Shown here: positions 36,673 through 46,713 of the stretch, one piece after another
Layout of the letters: the number at the start of each line of letters is the position of its first letter
Position numbering within the stretch: the first letter of the stretch is position 1
Program-made: the position numbers and the translations under genes
Notes under the pieces: generated by a model
What the model saw: only the letters and a program-made list of their open reading frames with translations
Told to the model about the DNA's origin: nothing
Database searches by the model: none
Assembly (NCBI RefSeq): GCF_018350175.1
Contig: NC_058373.1
Coordinates: forward strand, 101,620,001-101,684,000
Direction: 5' to 3'
Length of the DNA stretch: 64,000 bases
From: Felis catus
Taxonomy: Eukaryota

Positions 36673-39600
36673 AATCCCCCCTCTCAAAATAAATAAATAA
36701 ACTTTAAGGAAAAAAAAAGAGATAAGATATGAAATTTCTAGTACAATGTCTGCTACAGAGCAAGCACTCAGATATTTACCTGCTTTGGATTCTGTGTCTC
36801 CCTGTCTCTCTGCCCCGTTCTCACTTGTGCTCTGTCTCTATCTCTCAAAAATAAATAAATGTTAAAAAAAAATTTTCTGGGGTGCCTGGGTGGCTCAGTT
36901 GGTTGGGTGTCCGACATCGGCTCAGGTCATGATCTCACAGTTTGTGAGTTCAAGCCCCATCTCAGGCTCTGTGCTGACAGCTCAGAGCCTGGAGCCTGCT
37001 TCGGATTCTGTCTCCTTCTCTCTCTGCCCCTCGCCAACTTGTGCTCTGTCTCTCTATGTCTCTAAAAAAATAAAGAAGTGTAAAAAAAATTTTTCTAATT
37101 AGCAAAGAAATCATTCTTAAGCAATGATCAGTCTTAAAAATATGACTGGAAAATTACATTTGATGATATGAATTTCTCACCAAAATGAAGGAGGGACTCC
37201 CATTGCTTGTCAATGGCTATGCAAAGCTGCTGGTATGGAAGTTTAAAACAAAATAAAATGTGTTAAGGGAGAAAAAAGGAGAGAAAAAAAAAAAGCACGG
37301 AGAAAGGAAAAAGGGAGTGACAATCAGCAACGGACAGTAGCAATACAAAGATTAGAAGTGGTACTATGGATAATAATAGTAGATGCCCTGCCAGCAGTGA
37401 GACCCGTAACAGTAGAGGGCCGGCCATAGGCAGCAAACTAGTCCTTCTCTGTGCTTCTTGTACTTTCTGTATCCTAATAAACTGCTTAATCCTTTCTGGA
37501 ACAAGATAGAGTATTAAATAGTTTGATACCTCAAAAGCCCTAAAGTCACTGCTTTGAGCTAGAAAGTATGCAGACTATACCAAATAACCAGAGCGCCGGG
37601 CTCAGGGCAGCAAGGGAAAGGCAAAGCCCAGCTACCTTCTCTCCTTCAATCTAGAGCTCCGGGGCCTCATGTCAACAGTTACCCTTTGAAGGCAAACCAG
37701 CTAGTACAAGGGTCTTTGGGGACACAAACCATATGTGGCTGAACTAAACTCTAATGTACAGAGAACTATAGCCAGGAGAGTAGGGAATAAAGAGAAACCA
37801 TCCCGCATTCTACAGTTTCCAACCTTTCTCTAGAGAAAAGCATAATCTGTAATTGTAAGCAATTACTAATTGCTTTACTAATTATAAGAGCAAAACTTTA
37901 GACTACAGTTGACTCTGCTAAATTTTCTAGTAAGACTAAGTTAAATAGCATTAGATGATTAGCTGTGGCTGGTGAAAAATATTTTCCAATTTTTGGACCT
38001 ATTTTTTTAAAAATTTTTTTAATGTTTAATGTTTTTTTTAATGTTTTTGAGAGAGAGAGAGAGGCAGAGTGCAAGTGGGGAAGGGGCAGAGAGAGAGGGA
38101 AACAGAATCTGAAGCAAGCTCTTCAGATGCAGGCTCTTCTGTGCTGAGCTGTTAGCACAGAGCCTGACATGGGGCTCGAACTCACCAACAGCGAGATCAT
38201 GACCTGAGCCGAAGTTAGAGGCTTAACCAACTGAACCACCCAGGCACTCCTGGGCCCATTTTTCAAATCAGTCCTGAGATTTTTTTTTTTTTTTTTAATA
38301 AATCCTTGGAAGCAGCCTCTACTGAAGAGTTTCCAGAGATCAAACTAGCTCAGATAATGAAATTTAACAAATACTACTCGAGCAAGTTCTAGCACACCAA
38401 ATGCTGTCTGCTGTTTGAACAGAATACAAACAGGATGGAAAGATGGTTGGATAGCCCCTGCATATGTTGAATGCTTCTGGTTCCCATAAAATAAAGCATC
38501 TGATGACTGGAAACTTTCATTGTCCTAGAGCTTTCAGAGGTGTCCTATAGTGACTAATGTTTGGATAAAGACAATTTTCTATCCATTCTGCTATCTTTGA
38601 GTGCCCACATTGCTAGACGGCTCTAGAGTTTATCTCTCAGAAACTAGGTCTGGTAAATTGTTTTCCACTGTCTTGCTGCCTGCCAATACTGTCTCACTGA
38701 TTCTCCCTGTGCATTCCTGTTGCTTTATAAAATCAGGGGATGCTACTTGCCTACTGTACTGTGCTATTTCTAAAAAAAAAAAAAAAAAAAGTACTACAAA
38801 ACAGGTAGCTTAGAAAAGAAACTTATTCTCCCCCAGTTCCGAAGCTACAAGTCCAAAATCAAGGTGTCAACAGGACCATATTCCCTCTGAGACTTTGACA
38901 GAATCCTTCCTTGCCTCTTCCTAGCTTCTAGTGGTGGCCTTCACTCCTTGGTGTCCTTGGGCTCACAGCCATTATCACTCCAATCTCAGCCTCTGTCGTC
39001 ACATGATTCTGCACTGCTGTGTCTTCTCAGGATACTTCCTCCTATAAGGACAACAGTCATATTGGATGACCCAGTTGGGTTACGGCCCAATGACCTCATC
39101 TTAACTTGATTACATCTGCAGAGACCCTATTTCCAGATAAGGCCACATTCACAGTACCAGGGATTAGGACTTCAACATAGCTTTATGGGGATACAATTCA
39201 ACCCATAACATCCACTGTGCACCAAACACTAAGAATACAAAACACACACTGTGAGGCACAGTCCCCACCCTCAAGGAGCCCCTGCTAACAACACTACATG
39301 TAAGTGCAGTAAGATTCACACAAGGTATGCACAAGGCAGCAAAAATGACAGTGATGGTTTCTGTGGGGGCACAAGGGCAGTTCAGAGCTGGACTTGAAGG
39401 ATAAGCAGGAATCAAAGGAGGAAAGATAAAGGTAGCAATGGGTAGAAAGCAGAATTCATCTTGCAGAAAACCACTGAAGTGTTCTACCTCTCTCCACCTG
39501 TCTATGGTAGATCCTTATATCTGGCATATTTGTGGAAAGCAAGTTCATGAATACATAGGAGTCAGTATCTGTTTGGTCCTCTATCTCACATCCTATCCCA

Positions 39601-42600
39601 AGACCTGTATCTCCAGCTTCATCTTTAGTACACCACAGTAATTTATGTTCCTAATAAGTCAGCAGCACCAAATTAGGTTCAGTATACCCTCTAAGAAAGT
39701 CAGGAATTGTATAATACATTTTTTTTTTTTTTTTAGCATCTTTGAAAGTAGTTAGAATGAATGGTTTTATTGCTTTGAGGTTAATCATGATTTTTTTCTG
39801 GAAAATCCAGTTATACAGACTGCTGATTTCTTCACAAGGCTAGACAATAGCAGCTAACATTCATTTACTTCTTACTCTGTGCCAAGCTCTGTTGTAAGCC
39901 CTTTACAAATGTTAGTTATGTCATTCAGTCCTAACTATGATACAGATTCTGTGGCTGTCACTATTTGATAGATGAAAAGGCTGAGACCCAGAGAGGTTAA
40001 ATAACTTCCTTAGGTTCACACATGTAATAATGACAGATTGACCGTTCAGCCCCAGACAGTAGGGCTCTAGAAACCATGCTTTAAATCTCTATAACATGCC
40101 ACCTCTGTATTCTTTTTAGATAAATAAGGAGTTGTTGTGTCATATGGACTTGTCCCATAACCACTAAGGTTTTGTTTAGACAGAGGAAATAAACTGGCAG
40201 TTGGTAAAAATAGTCTGATTTCTATCTATTTAGTAACATGTTCCACTTATCTGATGTGGATACTGGTGTTTAAAAAGATCAATAAAAAGGCCCTGCCTGC
40301 ATTGATCCTTAGAGGTATTCAGAGAATACCTCCCAACAAATAAACAAGCACACTTTACTCTTTATTAATGTAAAAATATTTATTAACCTCTGTGTGCCAG
40401 GCACTGTGCTAGCAGGCACTATTAAATTTAGAAACAGAAGGCAAATTTAGAAGGAGCAAGTCTTTAGTTCTAATTGGCGGGGTGAAATGAAAATGTCTAA
40501 TATTCAAATTGTACTTCCCTTTCAGCTGTTATGGAGGACTTGGAAGATCTTGTCTTGGTAAGAAATTTATTTTCATTATTCAGTAATTTTTTTAAATCCT
40601 CAAAGTAGACAAAAATATCCTGTTTCTGGGCCATGTGCTCAGTTTGTATTAAAATGAGACAAAACACAATATAAATCTGCTAAGACCTAAAGATTTATTT
40701 AAAGGGGCGCCTGGGTGGCTCAGTCAGTTGAGTATCCGACTTCGGCTCAGGTCATGATCTCACGGTTTGTGAGTTTGAGCCCTGCGTCAGGCTCACTGCC
40801 TGTCAGCACAGAGCCTACTTAGGATCCTCTGTCCCCCTCTTTCTCAACCCCCCCCCCCAGACTCTCACATGCTCTCATAAATAAATAAATGAATTAATGA
40901 ATTTCAAGGCCCTTAATTCGGTATTCTCTAGAAAGCTAGGGTGGGAATGGGAAGTCTTTTCAACATTATTTTGAAGGATTCTGCAAAACATACTGTGCAA
41001 GTCTTAGCACCTACATTCTTGCGTTTTGTTTTCTAATGCAGATGTTAGGATACTGACAGTAAATTCTAAATTATATCCATGGGTAACATAAGTATGAAAA
41101 CCAAAGTTAATTACTTCATGTAATTATTGTTCACTTTTTTTTTTTAACATTTGTTTATTTTTGAGACAGAGACAGAGCATGAACGGGGGAGAGTCAGAGA
41201 GAGAGGGAGACACAGAATCTGAAACAGGCTCCAGGCTCTGAGCTGTCAGCACAGAGCCCGACGCGGGGCTCGAACTCATGGACCGCGAGATCATGACCTG
41301 AGCTGAAGTCGGCCGCTTAACCGACTGAGCCACCCAGGCGCCCCTACTGTTCACTTTTTAATAAATGTGTTAGAAGGGGCGACTGAGGTGAAGCGTCCAA
41401 CTCTTGGTTTCTGCTCAGGTCACGATATCACGGTTCATGGGTTTGCGCCCCGCATCAGGCTCTGCACTGACAGTGTCAGGCCTCCTTGGGATTCTCTCTC
41501 TGCTGCTCTCTCTGCTCCTCCCTGGCTCTCTCGCTCTCTCAAAATAAATAATTTTTTTAAAAATAAAATAAAAGTATTAGAAAACAAAGTTAATGAAATG
41601 CCATACTAGAGTTAACAGTTATTCCTTTTAATGTTGGAAAGTATCAAAATTAAAAGCTTTTGTGCTTCTAAGAACATTGTCAAAATGAAAAGATAACCAG
41701 AGAATGGGAAAAAAATATTTGCAAACCATATATCTGATAAGTGACTTACCTAAAAAGAATTCTTACAACTCAATAATAAAAAGACAGCCCAATTTAAAGG
41801 ATGGACAAAGGATCTGAATAGATATTTCTTCAAACAAAATACACAAATGACCATTAAGGACATGAAAAGATGCCTACCATCATTAGTCATCTAGGAAATG
41901 CAAATCAAAACCACAATGAGATACCACTTAATACCCATTAGGATGGCTATTACCCGAAAAGTAGAAAACATGCACTGGGATTTGGGGAAATTGGAACCTT
42001 CATATACTGCTGGAGACAGAGTAAAATGGTGCAGCTGCTTTGGAAAATAGTCTGGCAGTACTTCCTCAAACATTTAAACATACAGTCGCCCTTTACCCAG
42101 CAATTCCACGAGGTATATGCCCAAAAGAAATGGGCATATACCCATGTCTACACAAAAACTTGGACACGAACATTTATAGCACCATTATTAATAATAGCCA
42201 AAAACTGGAACCAGCCTAAATGTCCATCAAGTGACTGTGGGTAAACAAAGTGTGTATCTGTACAATGGAATATTATTCATCCCTAAGAAGGAATGAAGCA
42301 GTTACAAGCCTCAATATGTGTGAGTCCTGAGCACATTATGCTAAGTGAAAGAAGCCCATCACAAAAGGCCGCATATGGTTGCATTTATATGAAATGTTTA
42401 GGCAAATCCACAGACAGAAAGTAGATTAGTGGTTGCTCAGGGGAGGGGTGATGGGGGACCGGGGAGGATGACAATGGAAGACAGGGTTTCTTTTTGAGGG
42501 GATGAAAATGTTCTAAAATTGTGCTGATGGGTGCACATATCTGTGAATACACTAAAATCCACTGAATCGTACCCTTTAAATGAATGAAACATATGGTCGA

Positions 42601-44928
42601 TTAAATATAATTCAATAAAGCTGTTAAAAAGAACGAAGCCAATGTTAAACTTCAATTCAACCGCAGTCATTTAAAATCATAATTTAACTGTCAAAAAACA
42701 CATACTAAAAGACCTCAGTCATTTAATTCATTTCGAACAATTACACCAAACTCCATCTTCTGCACCAGCTGAAGTCTAATTAAATATACAATGCTCTACC
42801 CGATCATTAATAATACACTATTTTCCTAACATGTTCTGTTAGTAGCCGCTTGTCTCCTACTATACCTGTCTGACACAGTTTCACCAGAGCAAGCCATAGA
42901 CAGCCTGAGAGACCTAAGAGGATCTGGGGCAATACAGACTATAAAGGTAAGGAGGTCGACTGTTCTGTGTGGTTGTGGTTTAGGGGCAGTTATAGACACA
43001 GTGTCCTGTATCATCAAAAGGGCACTGAAAACCCACTGCATTCTATTATTCAGATATCACCTGTTCAACATTTATGTTTAAAATATAACCTGGATGTCTG
43101 AAAAAGTTCACAGTGTTTCAAACAAAATGATGAAAAATCTGAACTTGCCAGTTTACTCTCGCAGGATCTACTGTTCAGTTTTTACCCATTTAGTTCTCAG
43201 AATGAATCCTCTCATCTGGAAAAATGAGGGGATTACCATAAACTTGGTAGTTTTTTAGCCTAAAAGATCTAGTGAAGATCCTCTCACCAAAATATTTAAT
43301 AAACATAGATGAGAGGCACCTGGGTGGCTCAGTCAGTTAAGCGTCTGACTTCGGATCAGGTCCTTCATCTGATGGTTCGTGGGTTCGAGCCCCACATTGG
43401 GCTCTGTGCTGACAGCTCACAGCCTGGGGCCTGCTTCGGATTCTGTCTCCCTCTCTCTCTGCCCCTCTCCTGCTTGTGCTCTGTCTCTCTCAAAAATAAA
43501 TAAAAAACATTTTTAAAAAAAATTTTTAAAGTAGATGAATGACTAGAATACAAAAAATGCAAAGCAATACTAATTATCCTTTGCTGTGGATAACTAAAGT
43601 GACATCTTCCACATTTACTTTCCCCTCAACAGCCACAAAATCTCTGCAGTAGCAATGCCTCAAGGATATTATTATGTATTAATGTTCCTGAAAGATTCTG
43701 CAGATTTCACTTTATTTCTAGATATGTAAAGCTAATTTGCCTTCCTTTCCCAAGTGCCCTGTGTCAGCATTAATCGACTAAACCAGAGGATCAGGCACTC
43801 TTAAAGAGGCCTGGCCTTTAGTGGCTTCCTGGCCTTGAGTCCATCTTCCCAGGAGCAGGGGTCTACCCAAGTGTCATGGATATGAATTATTATAGTAACT
43901 AACAAAGTCACCAAGCAGCATAATTCTCAGGGCTTAAAGAAGGTTGTTCAAAATAATCCATACAGGATGCACTTCACTGTACAGGTTCTAAAAACAGAGA
44001 ATTCACCTTCTTATCTGTTAAACGATTCTTCAAATTCAACATGTTCTCAAGTCTCTCAAAACAAAATGGTCAAACATTTGCATATGTGTTTTACATCTTT
44101 AATCTTGGAGTGAATTAAGCCCACATTATATAGGCTGTCCAGTTGATCACCTCAGCATTCTGTGGCCAACAGGCTTTCCCATCTCTCTGCTGACGTGCTG
44201 AGCAATGTGCAATTTCAACTTCCCAATAATGAGAAGAAATGAGATGATTGGCAGAATAAGAACATCCTCTGGGAAACTATTAAAACTCCAAATAAATTAT
44301 TTAAAGTTTTTTTTAATTTTGCTTATCTGTTAAGATTAGTCATTTAAAAAAAAAATATATTGACTACTCTGAACATTGTTGCAAATGGGTTATATCACAA
44401 GCAGCAGAATCTAGGGCTTCTATAAATGAAGAAATAGATTTTCTTGAATCTACCACTGTTAACTATTACAGAAAGTACCCTCTCCTCCCTACTTAACCCC
44501 CAGAGGAAAATACATTAGCAAAAAGAATGCCTTCGTGTACTATTTTTAATTTTAATTTGCTCCTGCCAGTAAAAGGAGAAAGGATTTTACAGATTTATAA
44601 AACATTCATATGTATTACACATTGCCTTCTGATTTTGAGAGACTTTTCAAGTAAGTTTTTTCACACCATATGCAGCTTTATCAAAAGGTAAAACTTCTCC
44701 ATAATGCAAACGCTTCCTTACCCAAAAGGATGTAGAATTGTTCTTAGCAATTATTTTTTGATTCCTGATGCCTACTAGGATTGTACTACTCTGCTAACTA
44801 GTTTTCTACAATGTATTTCAATATATCTTTACTTTTTTCAGCAATATAATTATCTTCATGAGTTTCGGGACAAACTAGCTGCACATCTATCATCAAGAGA
44901 TTCATTATCAAGATCTGTATCTAGATAA
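27945..44928 (+). CDS. CDKN3: Cyclin-dependent kinase inhibitor 3 (KAP, dual-specificity phosphatase), complete spliced CDS: join(27945..27953,30125..30207,32854..32909,33425..33469,36141..36363,40526..40557,42843..42946,44842..44928)
   Basis: Exon lengths 9+83+56+45+223+32+104+87=639 nt, all GT-AG and frame-consistent. Translation: MKPPSSLQTSEFDSSDEEPIEDEQTPMQISWLPLSRVNCSQFLGLCALPGCKFKNVRRNIQKDTEELKSYGIQDIFVFCTRGELSKYRVPNLLDLYHQYGIITHHHPIPDGGTPNIASCCEIMEELAICLKNNRKTLIHCYGGLGRSCLVAACLLLYLSDTVSPEQAIDSLRDLRGSGAIQTIKQYNYLHEFRDKLAAHLSSRDSLSRSVSR (212 aa). Recognised as CDKN3, with CX5R motif at Cys140. Confidence 0.98.
29560..29955. mobile_element. L2 3' end followed by MIR (CDKN3 intron 1)
   Basis: aaatgtttgtgaatgagtgaat tail; ggaaaactgagacccaga...ttgtccaag MIR core. 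Confidence 0.6.
30125..30207 (+). CDS. CDKN3: CDKN3 exon 2
   Basis: ttttgaag|CCTAGT...TCATG|gtatgt; encodes PSSLQTSEFDSSDEEPIEDEQTPMQIS(W). Confidence 0.96.
30303..30590 (+). mobile_element. CAN-SINE (CDKN3 intron 2) with expanded AT tail
   Basis: TSD aaatatttagtg at 30292-30303 and 30590-30601. Confidence 0.9.
30505..30850. repeat. Diverged tandem duplication (~165 + ~180 bp)
   Basis: AT tail plus ctgctggttgtataattctaatctttaagggatttt...atgata occurs twice in tandem. Confidence 0.92.
31276..31893 (+). mobile_element. 5'-truncated carnivore L1 3' end (CDKN3 intron 2)
   Basis: TSD aagaaaa(c/t)accattccca at 31258-31275 and 31894-31911; ORF2 remnant FLKKLKTELPYDP. Confidence 0.9.
32194..32405 (+). 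mobile_element. CAN-SINE
   Basis: Head, CT tract, AATAAA tail. Confidence 0.9.
32854..32909 (+). CDS. CDKN3: CDKN3 exon 3
   Basis: ttttcag|GCTACCC...CCAG|gtaggt; encodes (W)LPLSRVNCSQFLGLCALP(G). Confidence 0.96.
33425..33469 (+). CDS. CDKN3: CDKN3 exon 4
   Basis: cttatag|GTTGT...ACAG|gtaggt; encodes (G)CKFKNVRRNIQKDT(E). Confidence 0.96.
34806..35310 (+). mobile_element. MER33-like hAT-Charlie element split by an antisense CAN-SINE (35003-35222)
   Basis: cagcactgtcca...gaaatataat...tattttacacttataatacatctcaatt; SINE TSD agatatggg. Confidence 0.8.
36141..36363 (+). CDS. CDKN3: CDKN3 exon 5
   Basis: ggcag|AAGAAC...ATACA|gtacgt; core of ORF 36113..36460, encodes ELKSYGIQDIFVFCTRGEL...DGGTP...RKTLI(H). 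Confidence 0.97.
36493..37095 (+). mobile_element. Cluster of three sense CAN-SINEs (36493-36718, fragment 36779-36875, 36879-37095) just 3' of CDKN3 exon 5
   Basis: SINE heads and tails; TSDs gagataag and aaaaaaattttct. Confidence 0.9.
38000..38250 (-). mobile_element. CAN-SINE
   Basis: Reverse-complement SINE. Confidence 0.88.
38756..39210 (-). mobile_element. MLT1B/C-like MaLR LTR
   Basis: aagtccaaaatcaaggtgtc...gacctcatcttaacttgattacatctgca...caattcaacccataaca. Confidence 0.85.
39850..40100 (-). mobile_element. MIR
   Basis: gatgaaaaggctgagacccagagaggttaaataactt. Confidence 0.7.
40526..40557 (+). CDS. CDKN3: CDKN3 exon 6 (catalytic P-loop CYGGLGRS)
   Basis: ccctttcag|CTGTTATGGAGGACTTGGAAGATCTTGTCTTG|gtaaga. 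Confidence 0.97.
40704..40895 (+). mobile_element. CAN-SINE
   Basis: ggggcgcctgggtggctcagtc head. Confidence 0.9.
41134..41570. mobile_element. Head-to-head CAN-SINE pair (41134-41344 -, 41377-41570 +)
   Basis: TSD tgttcacttttt for the first; second starts ~30 nt later on the opposite strand. Confidence 0.88.
41645..42628 (+). mobile_element. L1MB-like 3' end (CDKN3 intron 6)
   Basis: ggaaatgcaaatcaaaaccacaatgagataccac ... caataaagctgtt. Confidence 0.85.
42843..42946 (+). CDS. CDKN3: CDKN3 exon 7
   Basis: ctgttag|TAGCC...ATAAAG|gtaagg; encodes (V)AACLLLYLSDTVSPEQAIDSLRDLRGSGAIQTIK. Confidence 0.96.
43312..43530 (+). mobile_element. CAN-SINE
   Basis: Head and tail; flanking tagatga repeat. 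Confidence 0.9.
44842..44928 (+). CDS. CDKN3: CDKN3 exon 8, coding part to TAA
   Basis: ttttttcag|CAATAT...TCTAGATAA; encodes QYNYLHEFRDKLAAHLSSRDSLSRSVSR*. Confidence 0.96.
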   Translation, partial: QYNYLHEFRDKLAAHLSSRDSLSRSVSR

Positions 44929-45277
44929 AAAAGAATTTCAAATAACATATATATGACCATGTCTGAAATTTAAGAGCTATTTAACATACTTTGTATTGAA
45001 ACAAAATTTACTAGTGTTATCAACTTGAATGTAAATGTGTACATGCAAATATTCCTAAAGCTTTTATTGACAAATTTCAGTTGTATCTCTTATCTCTTCT
45101 AGAAGATCGAAAAACTGCTATATAATTTTTGAAATGTACTGTCTCCTCTGGTATGTTTTACTTAGAAATAATGCTGAAGTGAGCATATGGAAAAATGTTT
45201 CACTGCCTATTTTTATTATTTACCACACTTTTACCTCATTTTATGATTTGTAACTACCAGGTGGAATGCAACATAGT

Positions 45278-45283
45278 AATAAA
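45278..45283 (+). terminator. CDKN3: First canonical AATAAA downstream of the CDKN3 stop
   Basis: AATAAA ~350 nt after TAA; no AATAAA or ATTAAA seen earlier in the UTR. Confidence 0.35.
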
Positions 45284-46707
45284 TGTAAAAATGGGTATGA
45301 GTACAAACTAAAATCAAGTAACTTTCACCCTCTGTTCCTCCCACTTTTCCTCCCATGGCTCTTCCTCCTTCATAGACATACACGAGTGAGAAGGATCCTA
45401 TGAATCTTCTGGACACCTCCCTCCCATGCTGGATCATCCCCAATAGGTGTTTATCCAGCATTTGCTGGAACATTTTCAGATATGAGGAATTCCTTGGTTC
45501 AGACAGGTGCTCTCTTTTTAGACCACTCATTTTTTACCCTAGGGACTACACAGAATGAATTAAATCCCTCTTTCACATTTCTGTTAGAAAGCACTTATCT
45601 ACAGATTAACAGTCTCCAATTCCCTCCCTCACCTCGCCCTATGCTACTGAATATGTCTTTTTGTCTTTAAATGTAATGTTGAACAGTTGTTTGCACTGTA
45701 GACAAGGACATTTTCACAGATAGTGGTGGCTTTGGTATCACCTGCAATAGTCCCTTGGCTGTGACTGGCACCTCCCCACGAGACAAAGTAAATTTCACAT
45801 CAAAACTTTCGGAATAATCATCTAATTGCCAAAAGTTTTCTTCCGTTTCAAACTTCTCTTGCTGCTTTAATTTCATTGGGGAATACTTCAGAACAATTAC
45901 TAGTGCTGTTTGGGAACTTCAGACCAGACAGCCAGTATGTTCTAGAATATAAAATCAGTATTCTAATATTTTTATGTCTACACTGATTTCAGAACTTAAG
46001 ATTTTATAAGTATACTAAGGAAGATGGGAGAACCACACATATCCTACCACACATATCCAGTATGTGAATGTTTAAACTGTGGGGGTTTCTAATCTAAGAT
46101 AATAATGTCAAAAGTTACAGGTGGAAAAAAATTTTTTTCAAGTAAGTACAGGCTGCAATAATAGGTTGACCTTCCTCATGATTTCAGTATTACAACCAAA
46201 AACAATTTAAAAATCACAATACTTATTAAACTTTAGGAAATCACTGAAATTGATACTAGCAAACCTTATACATTGCTTCTCCTCAATATGGATATAAAGC
46301 TTATTCATGAACACTTAAGAAAGTGGAAGAAAAAGGTTGGCATGGATTAATCAAATCCTTTAATAATCAAATGAATTTCCCAAGTGCATGCGTCTCTCAT
46401 TTTTACTGCAAATGCCAGTTAAGCCTTCCATGTTTAAAATGCTTAACTACTTTAATACTAAGTATTAAGGGAAAACATCAGTTATTCCATAACAGAATCA
46501 TGGAATGGGGCACTACTCAAAAGAATATAATTTCACATAGTTGGAAAAGTATTTTCTCTACCTAACCTGTGGAACAGCCCTCAAACCAATGGGGCAGAGA
46601 GACTACAGTCCTGGTCACACACAAGCCAGAGTTAGCTGCTGAAATTGAATTAACACAGAGACTCAGCCATTAACCATAAACTACACAAGGCCACATTTGA
46701 GATGGTT

Positions 46708-46713
46708 TTTATT
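46708..46713 (-). terminator. CNIH1: Candidate distal CNIH1 polyadenylation signal
   Basis: ttTTTATTTAAT on + strand gives overlapping ATTAAA/AATAAA on -, with TG-rich sequence downstream on -. Confidence 0.4.
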
